Source of the DNA: an uncultured delta proteobacterium
Lineage (GTDB): Bacteria; Desulfobacterota; RBG-13-43-22
Length of the DNA stretch: 64,000 nt
Direction of reading: 5' to 3'
NCBI GenBank assembly: GCA_963843145.1
Contig: CAWJJC010000022.1
Span: 128,001-192,000 of the forward strand
Shown here: positions 1-8,439 of the stretch, in pieces
How the letters are laid out: each line of letters begins with the position of its first letter
Numbering within the stretch: the first letter of the stretch is position 1
Position numbers and translations under genes: made by a program
The notes under the pieces: model-generated
What the model was told of the DNA's origin: nothing
What the model saw: the letters and a program-made list of their open reading frames with translations, nothing else
Database searches by the model: none

Positions 1-2
1 AT

Positions 3-1529
3 ACCCGTCAGGAATGGGAATATCGGACCGGACACCTCAGAGGGGCGGTGAATTTCCCCATGGAACCCACGGCCTGGTCCCGCTGGCGAAAACAAAAGGA
101 GATGGAAACCTTTTTAGGACCCGATAAAAACCGCTTCTTCGTCTTTTACTGAGCGGGCTTGACCTGAGTCCGTAGCGACTCCGCAGCCCGGGTGGCTGTT
201 AAACTTGGCTATAGAAATGTATATCGCGATCCCTACGGATTTCCGGAATGGCAGGCTAAAGGATATCCCATCAATAGCGCTCCGGCCGGCCTGTCCGGGG
301 AAGCGGCCCCTCCCAAGACCCCCGGTCCTTTGTATGGCTGGGCCATGATCTGGACCCTGCTGGGCATCTTTGCCGGAGGGATCGCCCTGAACCTGACTCC
401 ATGCGTCTATCCCATGATTCCCATTACCGTTTCCTATTTTGGGGGGCGGAGCGGACAGGGAAAGGGAAAACTATTGACCCATGGCCTGTTATACCTGGGA
501 GGGCTGTCGGCCACCAACTCCATTTTGGGTGTCGTCGCGGCCTTGACCGGGGGGCTTATGGGGGCTATGCTTCAAAACCCGCTGGTTTTGGTGATAGTTG
601 CCGCTATCTTGGTTTTTTTTGCCTCCAGCCTCTTCGGGTTTTGGGAATTGCGCCTTCCCGGAGGCCTTACCAACAGGGCTTCCAAATCATATGCCGGTTA
701 TTTCGGTTCGTTATTTATGGGCTTGACCCTGGGCGTGGTAGCCGCACCCTGCATTGGTCCTTTCGTTCTCGGACTCTTAACCTGGGTGGCCAGCATGGGG
801 TCCCCCTGGCTGGGGTTTATTGTCTTTTTTACCTTGAGCCTGGGCCTGGGCCTGCCTTTGTTCTTTCTGGCCTTGTTCTCCGGCAAGATCGAAAAATTGC
901 CCCGGTCCGGGGAGTGGATGCTCTGGGTTCGAAAACTCATGGGTTGGATCCTGGTGGGCATGGCGGCCTATTTCATTCGGCCCCTCCTATCCGAAACCTT
1001 AGCAGTACTCCTTTTCGTTTCGGTAGCCTTGGGCGCCGGACTGCACCTTGGCTGGCTGGACAAGTCCCGGGCCGGCTTTCGGGCCTTCGCCTGGATGAAA
1101 GGCGGGGCCGGGGTTGCCGGTCTGGTGATTGCCACTTTTATCCTGGGATCCTGGATGATACGCGGTCCGGGGGTGGCCTGGAATGCCTATTCGGACAAGC
1201 TCCTGGCGGAAGCGGCCCAAAACCGGAAACCGGTCATCATCGATTTTTATGCCACCTGGTGTACCCCCTGCCGGGAACTGGAGGAAATCACCTTTCACCA
1301 TCCTGAGGTGGTCAAAAGGGGAAATCGTGATTTTATCATGGTAAAAGTGGACCTGACCCGGGCCGGCGATCCACTAAATGAACGGCTACTCCGTCAGTAT
1401 AAAATCAAAGGAGTTCCAACCGTGGTATTTATAGACTCGAGTGGGAAAGAGCATCCGGACTTAAGGCTGGTCGATTATCTCCCGCCGGATCAGTTCTTGA
1501 AGAAAATGGATACCATAAACCAAAAATAA
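3..1529 (+). CDS. Rhodanese/DsbD-transmembrane/thioredoxin fusion selenoprotein (TsoB-like); 5' end outside the window; two in-frame UGA (Sec) codons at 150-152 and 165-167
   Basis: The frame of ORF 192..1529 extends upstream as TRQEWEYRTGHLRGAVNFPMEP...PDKNRFFVFY-U-AGLT-U-VRSDSAARVAVKLGYRNVY...PEWQAKGYP. This is a rhodanese domain with both active-loop Cys positions encoded by TGA. It is followed by DsbD beta motifs (LNLTPCVYP, APCIGP) and a thioredoxin WCTPC. Confidence 0.9.
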
Positions 1530-1547
1530 GGGAGGACGGGTGAACAT

Positions 1548-2057
1548 ATGGCGTACATAGAGAAATTTTTAGGAAAACGGGTCGAGATCCCTGAGGACCG
1601 GCGGTATGTGATTAAACCGGGGCTCTGGGCCAAGGTGGAAGGGCCGGATTTTCGATTTGGTTTAACCGAACCGGAACTGGTTTTGGCCGGTGGGGTCAAT
1701 GACCTGGAATGGCTGGTCTGGGACGGCGAGGAAGTGGAACAGGGACAGTCGATCGCCATTATCATTACCGGAAAAATTAAATATATCGACGTTCCCCTGG
1801 CCGGGGTCCTGGGATTAAATCCAAAAGTGAAAGAGGTCACGGCCCTTATTGCCCAGGATCCTTATGGACAGGGATGGCTGTTTCAAATTAAAAAAGGGTC
1901 CGAAGCGAATGCCGGCTTCGAGGAACTATCATCGGCTGAAGCGTATGTGGCAAGTCTACAGAATTCAGAGGGTTGTAAGAACCCGGAAGGAATAAAGGGC
2001 GGAGTCTCCGGGATCTGCAAGGCAGTTTATACTGGGATCAAAGAACAAAAATTCTAA
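1548..2057 (+). CDS. Glycine cleavage H-protein-like (lipoyl-carrier fold) protein with Cys-containing C-terminal extension
   Basis: IPEDRRY...LWAKVEG...RFGLT, GEEVEQGQSIA, INPK-like and QDPYGQGWLFQIK GcvH motifs; RBS GGAGG upstream. Confidence 0.8.
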   Translation: MAYIEKFLGKRVEIPEDRRYVIKPGLWAKVEGPDFRFGLTEPELVLAGGVNDLEWLVWDGEEVEQGQSIAIIITGKIKYIDVPLAGVLGLNPKVKEVTALIAQDPYGQGWLFQIKKGSEANAGFEELSSAEAYVASLQNSEGCKNPEGIKGGVSGICKAVYTGIKEQKF

Positions 2058-2080
2058 AAATAAGGAAAGGAGAAAATAAT

Positions 2081-2398
2081 ATGGTCAAGGTCCGGTGTTT
2101 TTATAATGAACCCAATGGGAAGCCATGAAAGCATTTTCAGGAAATGATGCCCAGGTTGGGCCAAAAGTACGAAATTGAGGTTGAAATACTATCCAAACCT
2201 ATAGCTGAATACAATACGGATGAATATTTTGAACTGGAATTGCCGGTAGCCCCGGCCATCATGGTGGATGATCAGATCATGGTGGAAGGCTCCGATGTCG
2301 CTGAAGAAAAATTGGAGAACGCCATCCGCGCCAAATTGGGTCTGGAGCCTGTGGCGTCGGAAAAGAAGGGGGTCCTGGGGCGGCTTTTTAGTCGTTAA
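2081..2398 (+). CDS. NEPxGxxU-motif thioredoxin-fold selenoprotein (TsoC-like); UGA at 2126-2128
   Basis: ATG 2081 with AAGGAG RBS reads MVKVRCFYNEPNGKP-U-KHFQE, in frame with ORF 2144..2398, which has the cis-Pro-like motif LPVAPAIMVD. Confidence 0.88.
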
Positions 2399-2479
2399 AG
2401 GTCGCTTTTCCCCTTGCCTCGTTTGTTTTTTCCTTATACATTCTTAAAATTATAAAAAAAGTTAAAAAGGAGGAGATCC

Positions 2480-2809
2480 ATGAAGACCTTCGAGTATGAG
2501 GGGATGAAGATTGAGCTGGATGAAGAGGGGTATCTTCTGGACTTTGAGGCTTGGGATGAAAAAGTGGCCTGTGCCTTGGCGGAGAGGGAAGGGATAAGCC
2601 AGGACTGTCCCCTGAAACCTGAACAAATGGAAATTCTGAAATTCATCCGAGAATATTATAAGAAGTTTGAATCCGTGCCTGTGGTCCGGGCGGTCTGCAC
2701 CAATGTCCATCAACCTAAAAGTTGCGAATACCTGCAGTTTCCCGATCCACTGATCACCTGTAAAATCGCCGGGATTCCCAAACTGGAAACCGGGTATACC
2801 TTGATGTAA
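2480..2809 (+). CDS. DsrC/TusE/DsvC family protein lacking the terminal CysA (RspA-like)
   Basis: LDEEGYLLDFEAWDEKVA..LAEREGI, FIREYY, CKIAGIPK; ends ETGYTLM instead of P..C[VI]; strong RBS AGGAGG. Confidence 0.85.
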   Translation: MKTFEYEGMKIELDEEGYLLDFEAWDEKVACALAEREGISQDCPLKPEQMEILKFIREYYKKFESVPVVRAVCTNVHQPKSCEYLQFPDPLITCKIAGIPKLETGYTLM

Positions 2810-2833
2810 CCCGGTTCGCTTGAATGGACGCCT

Positions 2834-2890
2834 GCCGCCCCGATGCGGATCGGGGCGGCGGAACCCCGGAACGCGCAAGCGGTTTTTTTT
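2834..2890. terminator. Intrinsic terminator-like hairpin between convergent genes
   Basis: GCCGCCCCGAT-GCGG-ATCGGGGCGGC perfect stem with a T-run at 2883-2890. Confidence 0.6.
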
Positions 2891-2899
2891 CTTCGGCTA

Positions 2900-3877
2900 T
2901 TATAAAAAATACTGAAGGATGTACCGCAGAGCCAGGTAGGTGATGATGGCCCCCAAGAAAAATTTAATGAATTTTTGGGGGACAAATTTCTGGGCCCTGG
3001 CCCCCAAATATATACCGATGAATCCCCCGGCGCCGAAGAGAAATCCCAGGAACCAATCCGGAGCGGTGGTCAGGCCACCGGGGTGGGGTATGAGACTGTA
3101 AAAGATTACTCCCACGATGGAAGTCAGGAAGGTCCCCAGCAGGGCGGCGCCGGCCACGGTATAAACCGGCAAACGGAAGACGGCCACACAAAAGGGGGCG
3201 ATAATGGCCCCGCCGCCGATTCCGTAAGTCCCGCCGATGATCCCTACGAAAAAGGCCAGCAGGGCCATGGCCGGTGTGCTGAAAAAAAATCGTTCTCCCC
3301 AAAATTCATATTCAACCCGGGAGAGGGTAAAACGGATCGTTTTGATCACTGCTTCGGGAGGCAGTCCGGCGTTTACCCTGGCCTTCTGGGTCTGCCTTAG
3401 CTCCCGGACCCGCTGATTGAATTTGTCTTCCAGGGCCTTCAACTGTTTTTTACCCTTCTGGGACCGGGGGGTCATTTCGTAAAGGATACGAACTCCGATA
3501 TAAAGCAGCACGCAGCCCACAAATAACTTAAAGCTCCTGGGATCGGGCAAATATAGAATGCGCAGGTAGTACCCGAGAAAAACCCCGGGCAGGGTGCCCA
3601 CAATCACCACCCAGGTCAGCGGCCAGGCCATCCGCCCCTCCTTCAGGAAGCGATAGACGCCGCTGGGGATAGCCACAATATTGTAGACGAAATTGGTGGC
3701 GCTGACCGAGGGAGTCACGAAGTGCAGGTAGCTCACCTGAAAAGGCAGGAGTAAGAAGGCCCCGGAAACCCCTCCCATGGAGGTGAAGAAGGAAACCACC
3801 AGGGCCACCAGGGGAGGGAGGAAGAGATAGGTCTCAACTCCGGAAACCGAGAACGTCCAAAAAAGACTGTCCATCAT
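2900..3877 (-). CDS. Sulfite exporter TauE/SafE (TSUP) family membrane protein
   Basis: SFFTSMGGVSGAFLLLP and GGTYGIGGGAIIAP repeats; about 8 TM segments. Confidence 0.88.
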   Translation of the reverse strand: MMDSLFWTFSVSGVETYLFLPPLVALVVSFFTSMGGVSGAFLLLPFQVSYLHFVTPSVSATNFVYNIVAIPSGVYRFLKEGRMAWPLTWVVIVGTLPGVFLGYYLRILYLPDPRSFKLFVGCVLLYIGVRILYEMTPRSQKGKKQLKALEDKFNQRVRELRQTQKARVNAGLPPEAVIKTIRFTLSRVEYEFWGERFFFSTPAMALLAFFVGIIGGTYGIGGGAIIAPFCVAVFRLPVYTVAGAALLGTFLTSIVGVIFYSLIPHPGGLTTAPDWFLGFLFGAGGFIGIYLGARAQKFVPQKFIKFFLGAIITYLALRYILQYFL

Positions 3878-3919
3878 GGGAACTCCTTATTTATGGTTTA
3901 AAGTAATAGCGAATATGCA

Positions 3920-3934
3920 TCAAAAAATATGCCA
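3920..3934 (-). promoter_or_regulatory. Putative sigma-54 -24/-12 promoter of the TauE gene (TGGCATATTTTTTGA)
   Basis: TGGCA-N6-TTGA on the minus strand, 43 nt upstream of the start; -12 element is GA rather than GC. Confidence 0.55.
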
Positions 3935-4100
3935 TTAAGAACAAGGCTCCGGGGTTCATTTGACTTTTTACCCCATTCTGGTCTATTTTATAAGTTAAAT
4001 TTAGAAGAGAAGTTTTGATCTTAATTTCAAAGGGTTTCGCAGTATTCCGGGCGGGGGGAACCTTTTACCAAACGTCGCGAGGCCCAGAGGGGAAGTTTAA

Positions 4101-5330
4101 ATGCCAGGTCATCATAAAAAGGTTCAGGGATTCTTCCTTAGGTGTATCTTTTTCAGTCTTATCTGTCTCCTGCCCGGTCCATCCTGGGGAGAGAAAAAGA
4201 CCGTCAAGCTCGGTTTCGTGGCGGATATCACCGGTCCTGGGTTTCTGATTGCCCTGTCGCAGAAAAACGCCCTGGAATTGGGCCTGGAAGAGATCAATTC
4301 CTCCGGGGGTCTGCTGGGGCGCCGGGTGGAGCTGATTATCCGTGATTCCCGAATGAGACCGGACCTGGGCGCCAGGCTGACCAAGGAACTGATACTGCGG
4401 GATAAGGCGGATTTTCTCTTCGGGCCGACCAGTCCTTCGGTAGCCCTGGCCGTGTCCCAGGTCTGCAAGGAACAAAAGAAGCTGCTCTGTTTACATAGCG
4501 CCAATATTGAGCGACTGATTAATGAACTGGGCCACCGTTACGTATTTTCGGTAATCCCCAATACCTATATGGAAGGCCAGGCCCTGGCAGCTTTTTTGGC
4601 CAAAAGGGGATATAAAAAGATTTTGATTATCGGACCGGACCTGGAATACGGCCGCAGCCAGGCCGGGGCCTTTAAAAAGAAAATCACTGAAATTAATCCG
4701 GCAACGACCGTTATCAAAGAACTCTGGCCCCGGATTGGTGAACAGGATTACACGCCGTACATCGCTACCATTTTGGCGGCCAAACCGGATATGGTCTGCT
4801 CCCTTCTCTGGGGCGGCGATTTGGCCAGTTTCATGCGCCAGGCCAGTCCCCATCAATTTTTTCAAAAGATCCCCTTTACCGGTTTATTCGATTACGACCT
4901 TTTGAAGGGGTTAGGCAATGAGATGGTTCCGGGATTATACGGTTTTGACCGGGCACCCTTTTACGCCCTGAATAATCCCCAGGCTAAGTCCTTTATTGAA
5001 CGGTACAAGACCCGGACCGGGGAATACCCCTCCGCCTGGTCCATCCTGGCTTACGATGGGTTAATGGCCCTGAGGAAGGCGGTCGACAAGGCCAGGAGCC
5101 TGGAAACGGAAAAAGTGATCGAGGCCCTGGAGGGCCTGAATTGGGACTCTTTAAGGGGACCTCTTCAAATTCGCCCCCAAGATCATCTGGCCAGCGGCGG
5201 TCTATTTTTCGGGACCACCTATAAAGATCCCAAATATTCTTTTTTTATTATGCGAGAGATGGTTTACCTTCCCGGAAATGATCTTTGGCATTCTTTGGAG
5301 GAGATTAAATCCTTGAGAAAATCGCCTTAG
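4101..5330 (+). CDS. ABC transporter substrate-binding protein, branched-chain amino acid (Liv/Peripla_BP_6) family, orphan
   Basis: Signal peptide; VKLGFVADITG, EEINSSGGLLGRRVELIIRD, DLEYG, AYDG motifs; no permease or ATPase genes adjacent. Confidence 0.88.
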   Translation: MPGHHKKVQGFFLRCIFFSLICLLPGPSWGEKKTVKLGFVADITGPGFLIALSQKNALELGLEEINSSGGLLGRRVELIIRDSRMRPDLGARLTKELILRDKADFLFGPTSPSVALAVSQVCKEQKKLLCLHSANIERLINELGHRYVFSVIPNTYMEGQALAAFLAKRGYKKILIIGPDLEYGRSQAGAFKKKITEINPATTVIKELWPRIGEQDYTPYIATILAAKPDMVCSLLWGGDLASFMRQASPHQFFQKIPFTGLFDYDLLKGLGNEMVPGLYGFDRAPFYALNNPQAKSFIERYKTRTGEYPSAWSILAYDGLMALRKAVDKARSLETEKVIEALEGLNWDSLRGPLQIRPQDHLASGGLFFGTTYKDPKYSFFIMREMVYLPGNDLWHSLEEIKSLRKSP

Positions 5331-5446
5331 TCAATACCCGGCAGGCCACCCGGATGTTGATTTCCGACCAGGAGGTAACCGTGGACGCCGACCGGGGTCG
5401 GGTTTATCGAGGGCGCTTCAAATTCTCTGAAATGACTCCAGTGTAA
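5324..5446 (+). pseudogene. Remnant of a PEP-utilising enzyme mobile (phosphohistidine) domain C-terminus
   Basis: Translates ALVNTRQATRMLISDQEVTVDADRGRVYRGRFKFSEMTPV*, resembling the P(A)LV..AT..L..GQEVTVDA..G.VY.G signature; overlaps the SBP stop and has no start of its own. Confidence 0.6.
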
Positions 5447-5552
5447 CCTGGAGGAACCAGTTTCTTCTTCCCTATTTTCCTGCCCTAGTGCCATCCATTC
5501 CATAACCATTTGAATTTCAATAAGTTGGGCGCTCACCCTTTCAAATTAGGGT

Positions 5553-5567
5553 TGGCATACAAATTGA
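5553..5567 (+). promoter_or_regulatory. Putative sigma-54 promoter (TGGCATACAAATTGA) upstream of the histidine kinase
   Basis: TGGCA-N6-TTGA, 124 nt before the HK start. Confidence 0.5.
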
Positions 5568-5690
5568 AATCAATTTAGTGAAACCAGGGGTTTCTCAAAA
5601 ACCATTCTAGTGAAATGCACTGTTTGACAAAAATTACTCGAATGGCGTGCTGCCCTGAAACTTGGTCCTTTTCAGGCAAGGAGACGGTAA

Positions 5691-6656
5691 GTGAAATTTA
5701 CTTTAAAACTGGAGGCGCTTCAAAACCTTTTCTGGCGGATCTATGTGGTTATTGCTATTGTGGCACCGATTGCCTTCCTCCTGGGTTTTTTTAAACCCCA
5801 ACAAGACGGATGGCTGTGGTTAATCTTGTTTGGAGGGGGGTATATCTTATTTTGTTTTTTCCTTTTTTTCTATCTGCAATCGGTTTTTTCTAAAGAAAAT
5901 ATTAGTAAACTGGCGGAGATCAGTTCCATCGCCGAAGACTTGCAGGCGGAAAAACTGGCCTCCCTGGAAACCTTGGTCGCCGGGATCGCCCATGAATTGA
6001 ACAATCCCATCAGTATAATATTAGGTTTCAGCGGCCTTCTCCTGGAAAAAGCGGACCCCGGTAGCCGGGGGTATAAGGATCTAAAAGCGATTGAAAGGCA
6101 AAGTTTAAATTGCCGCCAAATAGTTGAAAATCTTTTAAGTTTTTCCAGGATCCGAGAGGACGCCCGGGGTTTGGTGGATATCAACCAGGTGATTGAACGA
6201 TTGATGCTGGTGGTTGGGCCGGGTCTGAGCGGCCAGGGTATACGCTGGGAGTGTTCTTTAGCCGAAGAACTCCCTTCCGGCCCGGGCAATCCGCAGAAGT
6301 GGCAGCAAATCATCCTCAATCTGGTCAATAATGCCAAAGAGGCCATGCCTTCCGGAGGGCAATTAAAGATTTGGACCGTCCAGCGAAATCAAGAAAAGCG
6401 TATCGAGATCGGATTCCAGGATAGCGGGCGAGGGATAGCCGAACCCTATTTAGGCAGGATTTTTGACCCCTTCTTTACCACCAAAAAAGAAGGACGTGGA
6501 ATTGGTTTGGGCCTTTCCATCACTTATGGTATAATTTCCAATATGGGCGGGACGATTACCTGCCAAAGTAAAATCAAAGATGCTCCGGATCAACCTCAGG
6601 GAACTACCTTCCTTATTTCTATTCCGGTCCCTGAAGGTCATCCGCTGATAGCCTAA
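5691..6656 (+). CDS. Membrane sensor histidine kinase (NtrB-like)
   Basis: Two TM helices; EKLASL...AGIAHELNNP H-box; NLVNNA, DSGRGI, FDPFFTTK and GIGLGL boxes. Confidence 0.92.
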   Translation: MKFTLKLEALQNLFWRIYVVIAIVAPIAFLLGFFKPQQDGWLWLILFGGGYILFCFFLFFYLQSVFSKENISKLAEISSIAEDLQAEKLASLETLVAGIAHELNNPISIILGFSGLLLEKADPGSRGYKDLKAIERQSLNCRQIVENLLSFSRIREDARGLVDINQVIERLMLVVGPGLSGQGIRWECSLAEELPSGPGNPQKWQQIILNLVNNAKEAMPSGGQLKIWTVQRNQEKRIEIGFQDSGRGIAEPYLGRIFDPFFTTKKEGRGIGLGLSITYGIISNMGGTITCQSKIKDAPDQPQGTTFLISIPVPEGHPLIA

Positions 6657-6670
6657 ATTCAAATAACCCA

Positions 6671-8071
6671 ATGGCCGAAAAAATTCTAATCGTCGACGAT
6701 GAGGTCGATATGCTCGATCTTTTAGAGCGGATCATCGAAGATAAGACCCCCTACCAGGTGGTCACCACTGCCGATCCCCTCCAGGTTCCTCAGATCCTGG
6801 ATGAAATGTCAATCGATTTGATGATCACCGATCTGAGGATGCCCGGCCAGAACGGGATCGATCTTCTGGAAACGGTCCATAAAAAACATGAACGCCTCCC
6901 GGTGATGGTCATCACCGCTTACGGCACCATTGAAACGGCCGTCGAGGCTATGCAAAAAGGGGCTTTCAGCTTTATCACCAAACCTTTCAAACAAGAAGAA
7001 ATTTTGTTGTCCGTTGAAAAGGCGCTTGAATACCAGCGATTAAAAAAAGAAAACCTCAGCCTCCAGCGGGAACTGGGGAAAGAAATTAAATATCCCCTCA
7101 TCCTCGGCACGAGCCCGGTGATGGAAAAAGTCTTCGAGCGGATCATTCAAGTGGCCAAGACCTCGGCCACCATATTAATCACCGGGGAATCGGGCACGGG
7201 TAAGGAATTAGCGGCCAAGACCATCCACTATCACAGTTTGCGTCAGGACAACCCCTTTGTGGCCGTCAACTGTTCGGCCATCCCTGAGTCGCTGATTGAG
7301 AGCGAACTCTTTGGTCATCTGAAGGGTTCCTTCACCGGGGCCATTCGTGACAAAAAAGGTTTGGTCGAAGAGGCGGACCGGGGGACTTTTTTTTTAGATG
7401 AAATCGGGGACTTAAACCTGATTATGCAGACCAAGCTGCTCCGCCTCCTGCAGGAGGGGGAATATAAGCCCATTGGGAGTTCTAAAACTTTTACCGCCGA
7501 TATCCGCTTCATCGCCGCTACCAACCAGGATTTGGTCGAAAAAATACGGAAAAGGGAATTCCGAGAAGATTTATACTATCGGCTCAATGTCATCCAATTG
7601 AGACTTCCGCCTTTGAGGGAACGAAAGGAGGATATCCCCCTGCTCGCCAATCATTTCCTGAAGAAATTCGCCCGCCTCAATCAGAAACCCATACAGGGGA
7701 TTTCTACGGAAGGGTTGGACGCGCTGAGTGCGCGGGATTGGCCCGGCAATATTCGGGAGTTAGAAAATGTACTGGAACGGGGGGTTATCCTATCCAGTTC
7801 AGACCAATTGAAAGTCCAGGACCTTTTCCCGGCGGATCATGATTATTCTTTGCCCTTTGATATCGATAAAGATATCTTCCAAGTTCCCTTTAAAGAGGCC
7901 AGAGACAAGCTGATTACCAATTTTCAGGCCGAATATATCCGGCAGTTGTTAGCTAAACATGGGGGCAATGTCTCTTTAGCCGCTAAAGAATGCGGTATAA
8001 AGCGGCCTTACCTGCATCGCCTGATGCGTGAAAGCGCCATTCAATCCAAGTCCTACAGATCATCGGATTAG
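6671..8071 (+). CDS. Sigma-54-dependent response regulator (NtrC family)
   Basis: Receiver (IVDDE, DLRMPG), GESGTGKE Walker A, GSFTGA loop, LDEIG, WPGNIREL, Fis-type HTH. Confidence 0.95.
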   Translation: MAEKILIVDDEVDMLDLLERIIEDKTPYQVVTTADPLQVPQILDEMSIDLMITDLRMPGQNGIDLLETVHKKHERLPVMVITAYGTIETAVEAMQKGAFSFITKPFKQEEILLSVEKALEYQRLKKENLSLQRELGKEIKYPLILGTSPVMEKVFERIIQVAKTSATILITGESGTGKELAAKTIHYHSLRQDNPFVAVNCSAIPESLIESELFGHLKGSFTGAIRDKKGLVEEADRGTFFLDEIGDLNLIMQTKLLRLLQEGEYKPIGSSKTFTADIRFIAATNQDLVEKIRKREFREDLYYRLNVIQLRLPPLRERKEDIPLLANHFLKKFARLNQKPIQGISTEGLDALSARDWPGNIRELENVLERGVILSSSDQLKVQDLFPADHDYSLPFDIDKDIFQVPFKEARDKLITNFQAEYIRQLLAKHGGNVSLAAKECGIKRPYLHRLMRESAIQSKSYRSSD

Positions 8072-8250
8072 CCGATCCCCGTCACAGAGATGACTATTCC
8101 CCACCTTCGGCCACGTTTTCTAAATAAAAATAGGGTACAGTGTTTCTTCTTAGATACAGCCCCTGTAATTTATTTGGTTCCAAATTCAAAGCTCGGGCCG
8201 AATTTTATAAAAAATAATAATAAATTAAGTTAGTTAAGGTTTATTTTTTT

Positions 8251-8265
8251 TGGCATAAAACTTGA
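8251..8265 (+). promoter_or_regulatory. Putative sigma-54 promoter (TGGCATAAAACTTGA) of the TauE operon, with candidate UAS TGTTTC-N6-GATACA at 8141-8158
   Basis: -24/-12 spacing, AT-rich IHF-like tract 8201-8250 and a near-palindrome about 100 nt upstream, directly after an NtrC-family gene. Confidence 0.6.
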
Positions 8266-8439
8266 TATAATACAGGCAGCTTGCCAAACCCTGATTTTTG
8301 CCCTCTTGACCGGATATCCGCCAGGGGTGAAAGGGGAGGGCAATAGGTGGGACTTTAATATTAAAAGGCGCCGATGATTGCAGTAACCGTTGACGCGTTT
8401 CGGTGACATACCTAAAGCGGAACCCAAAGGAGGAGGATC

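Noticed and set aside
150-167. TGA codons read as pseudogene stops or as an alternative genetic code
   Set aside because: They fall at Cys-equivalent redox positions, while TGA is an ordinary stop elsewhere (recD, ftsA, murB), so Sec is more parsimonious.
401-1306. 301-aa alternative-frame ORF inside the DsbD gene
   Set aside because: Shadow ORF of GC-rich coding sequence; no motifs.
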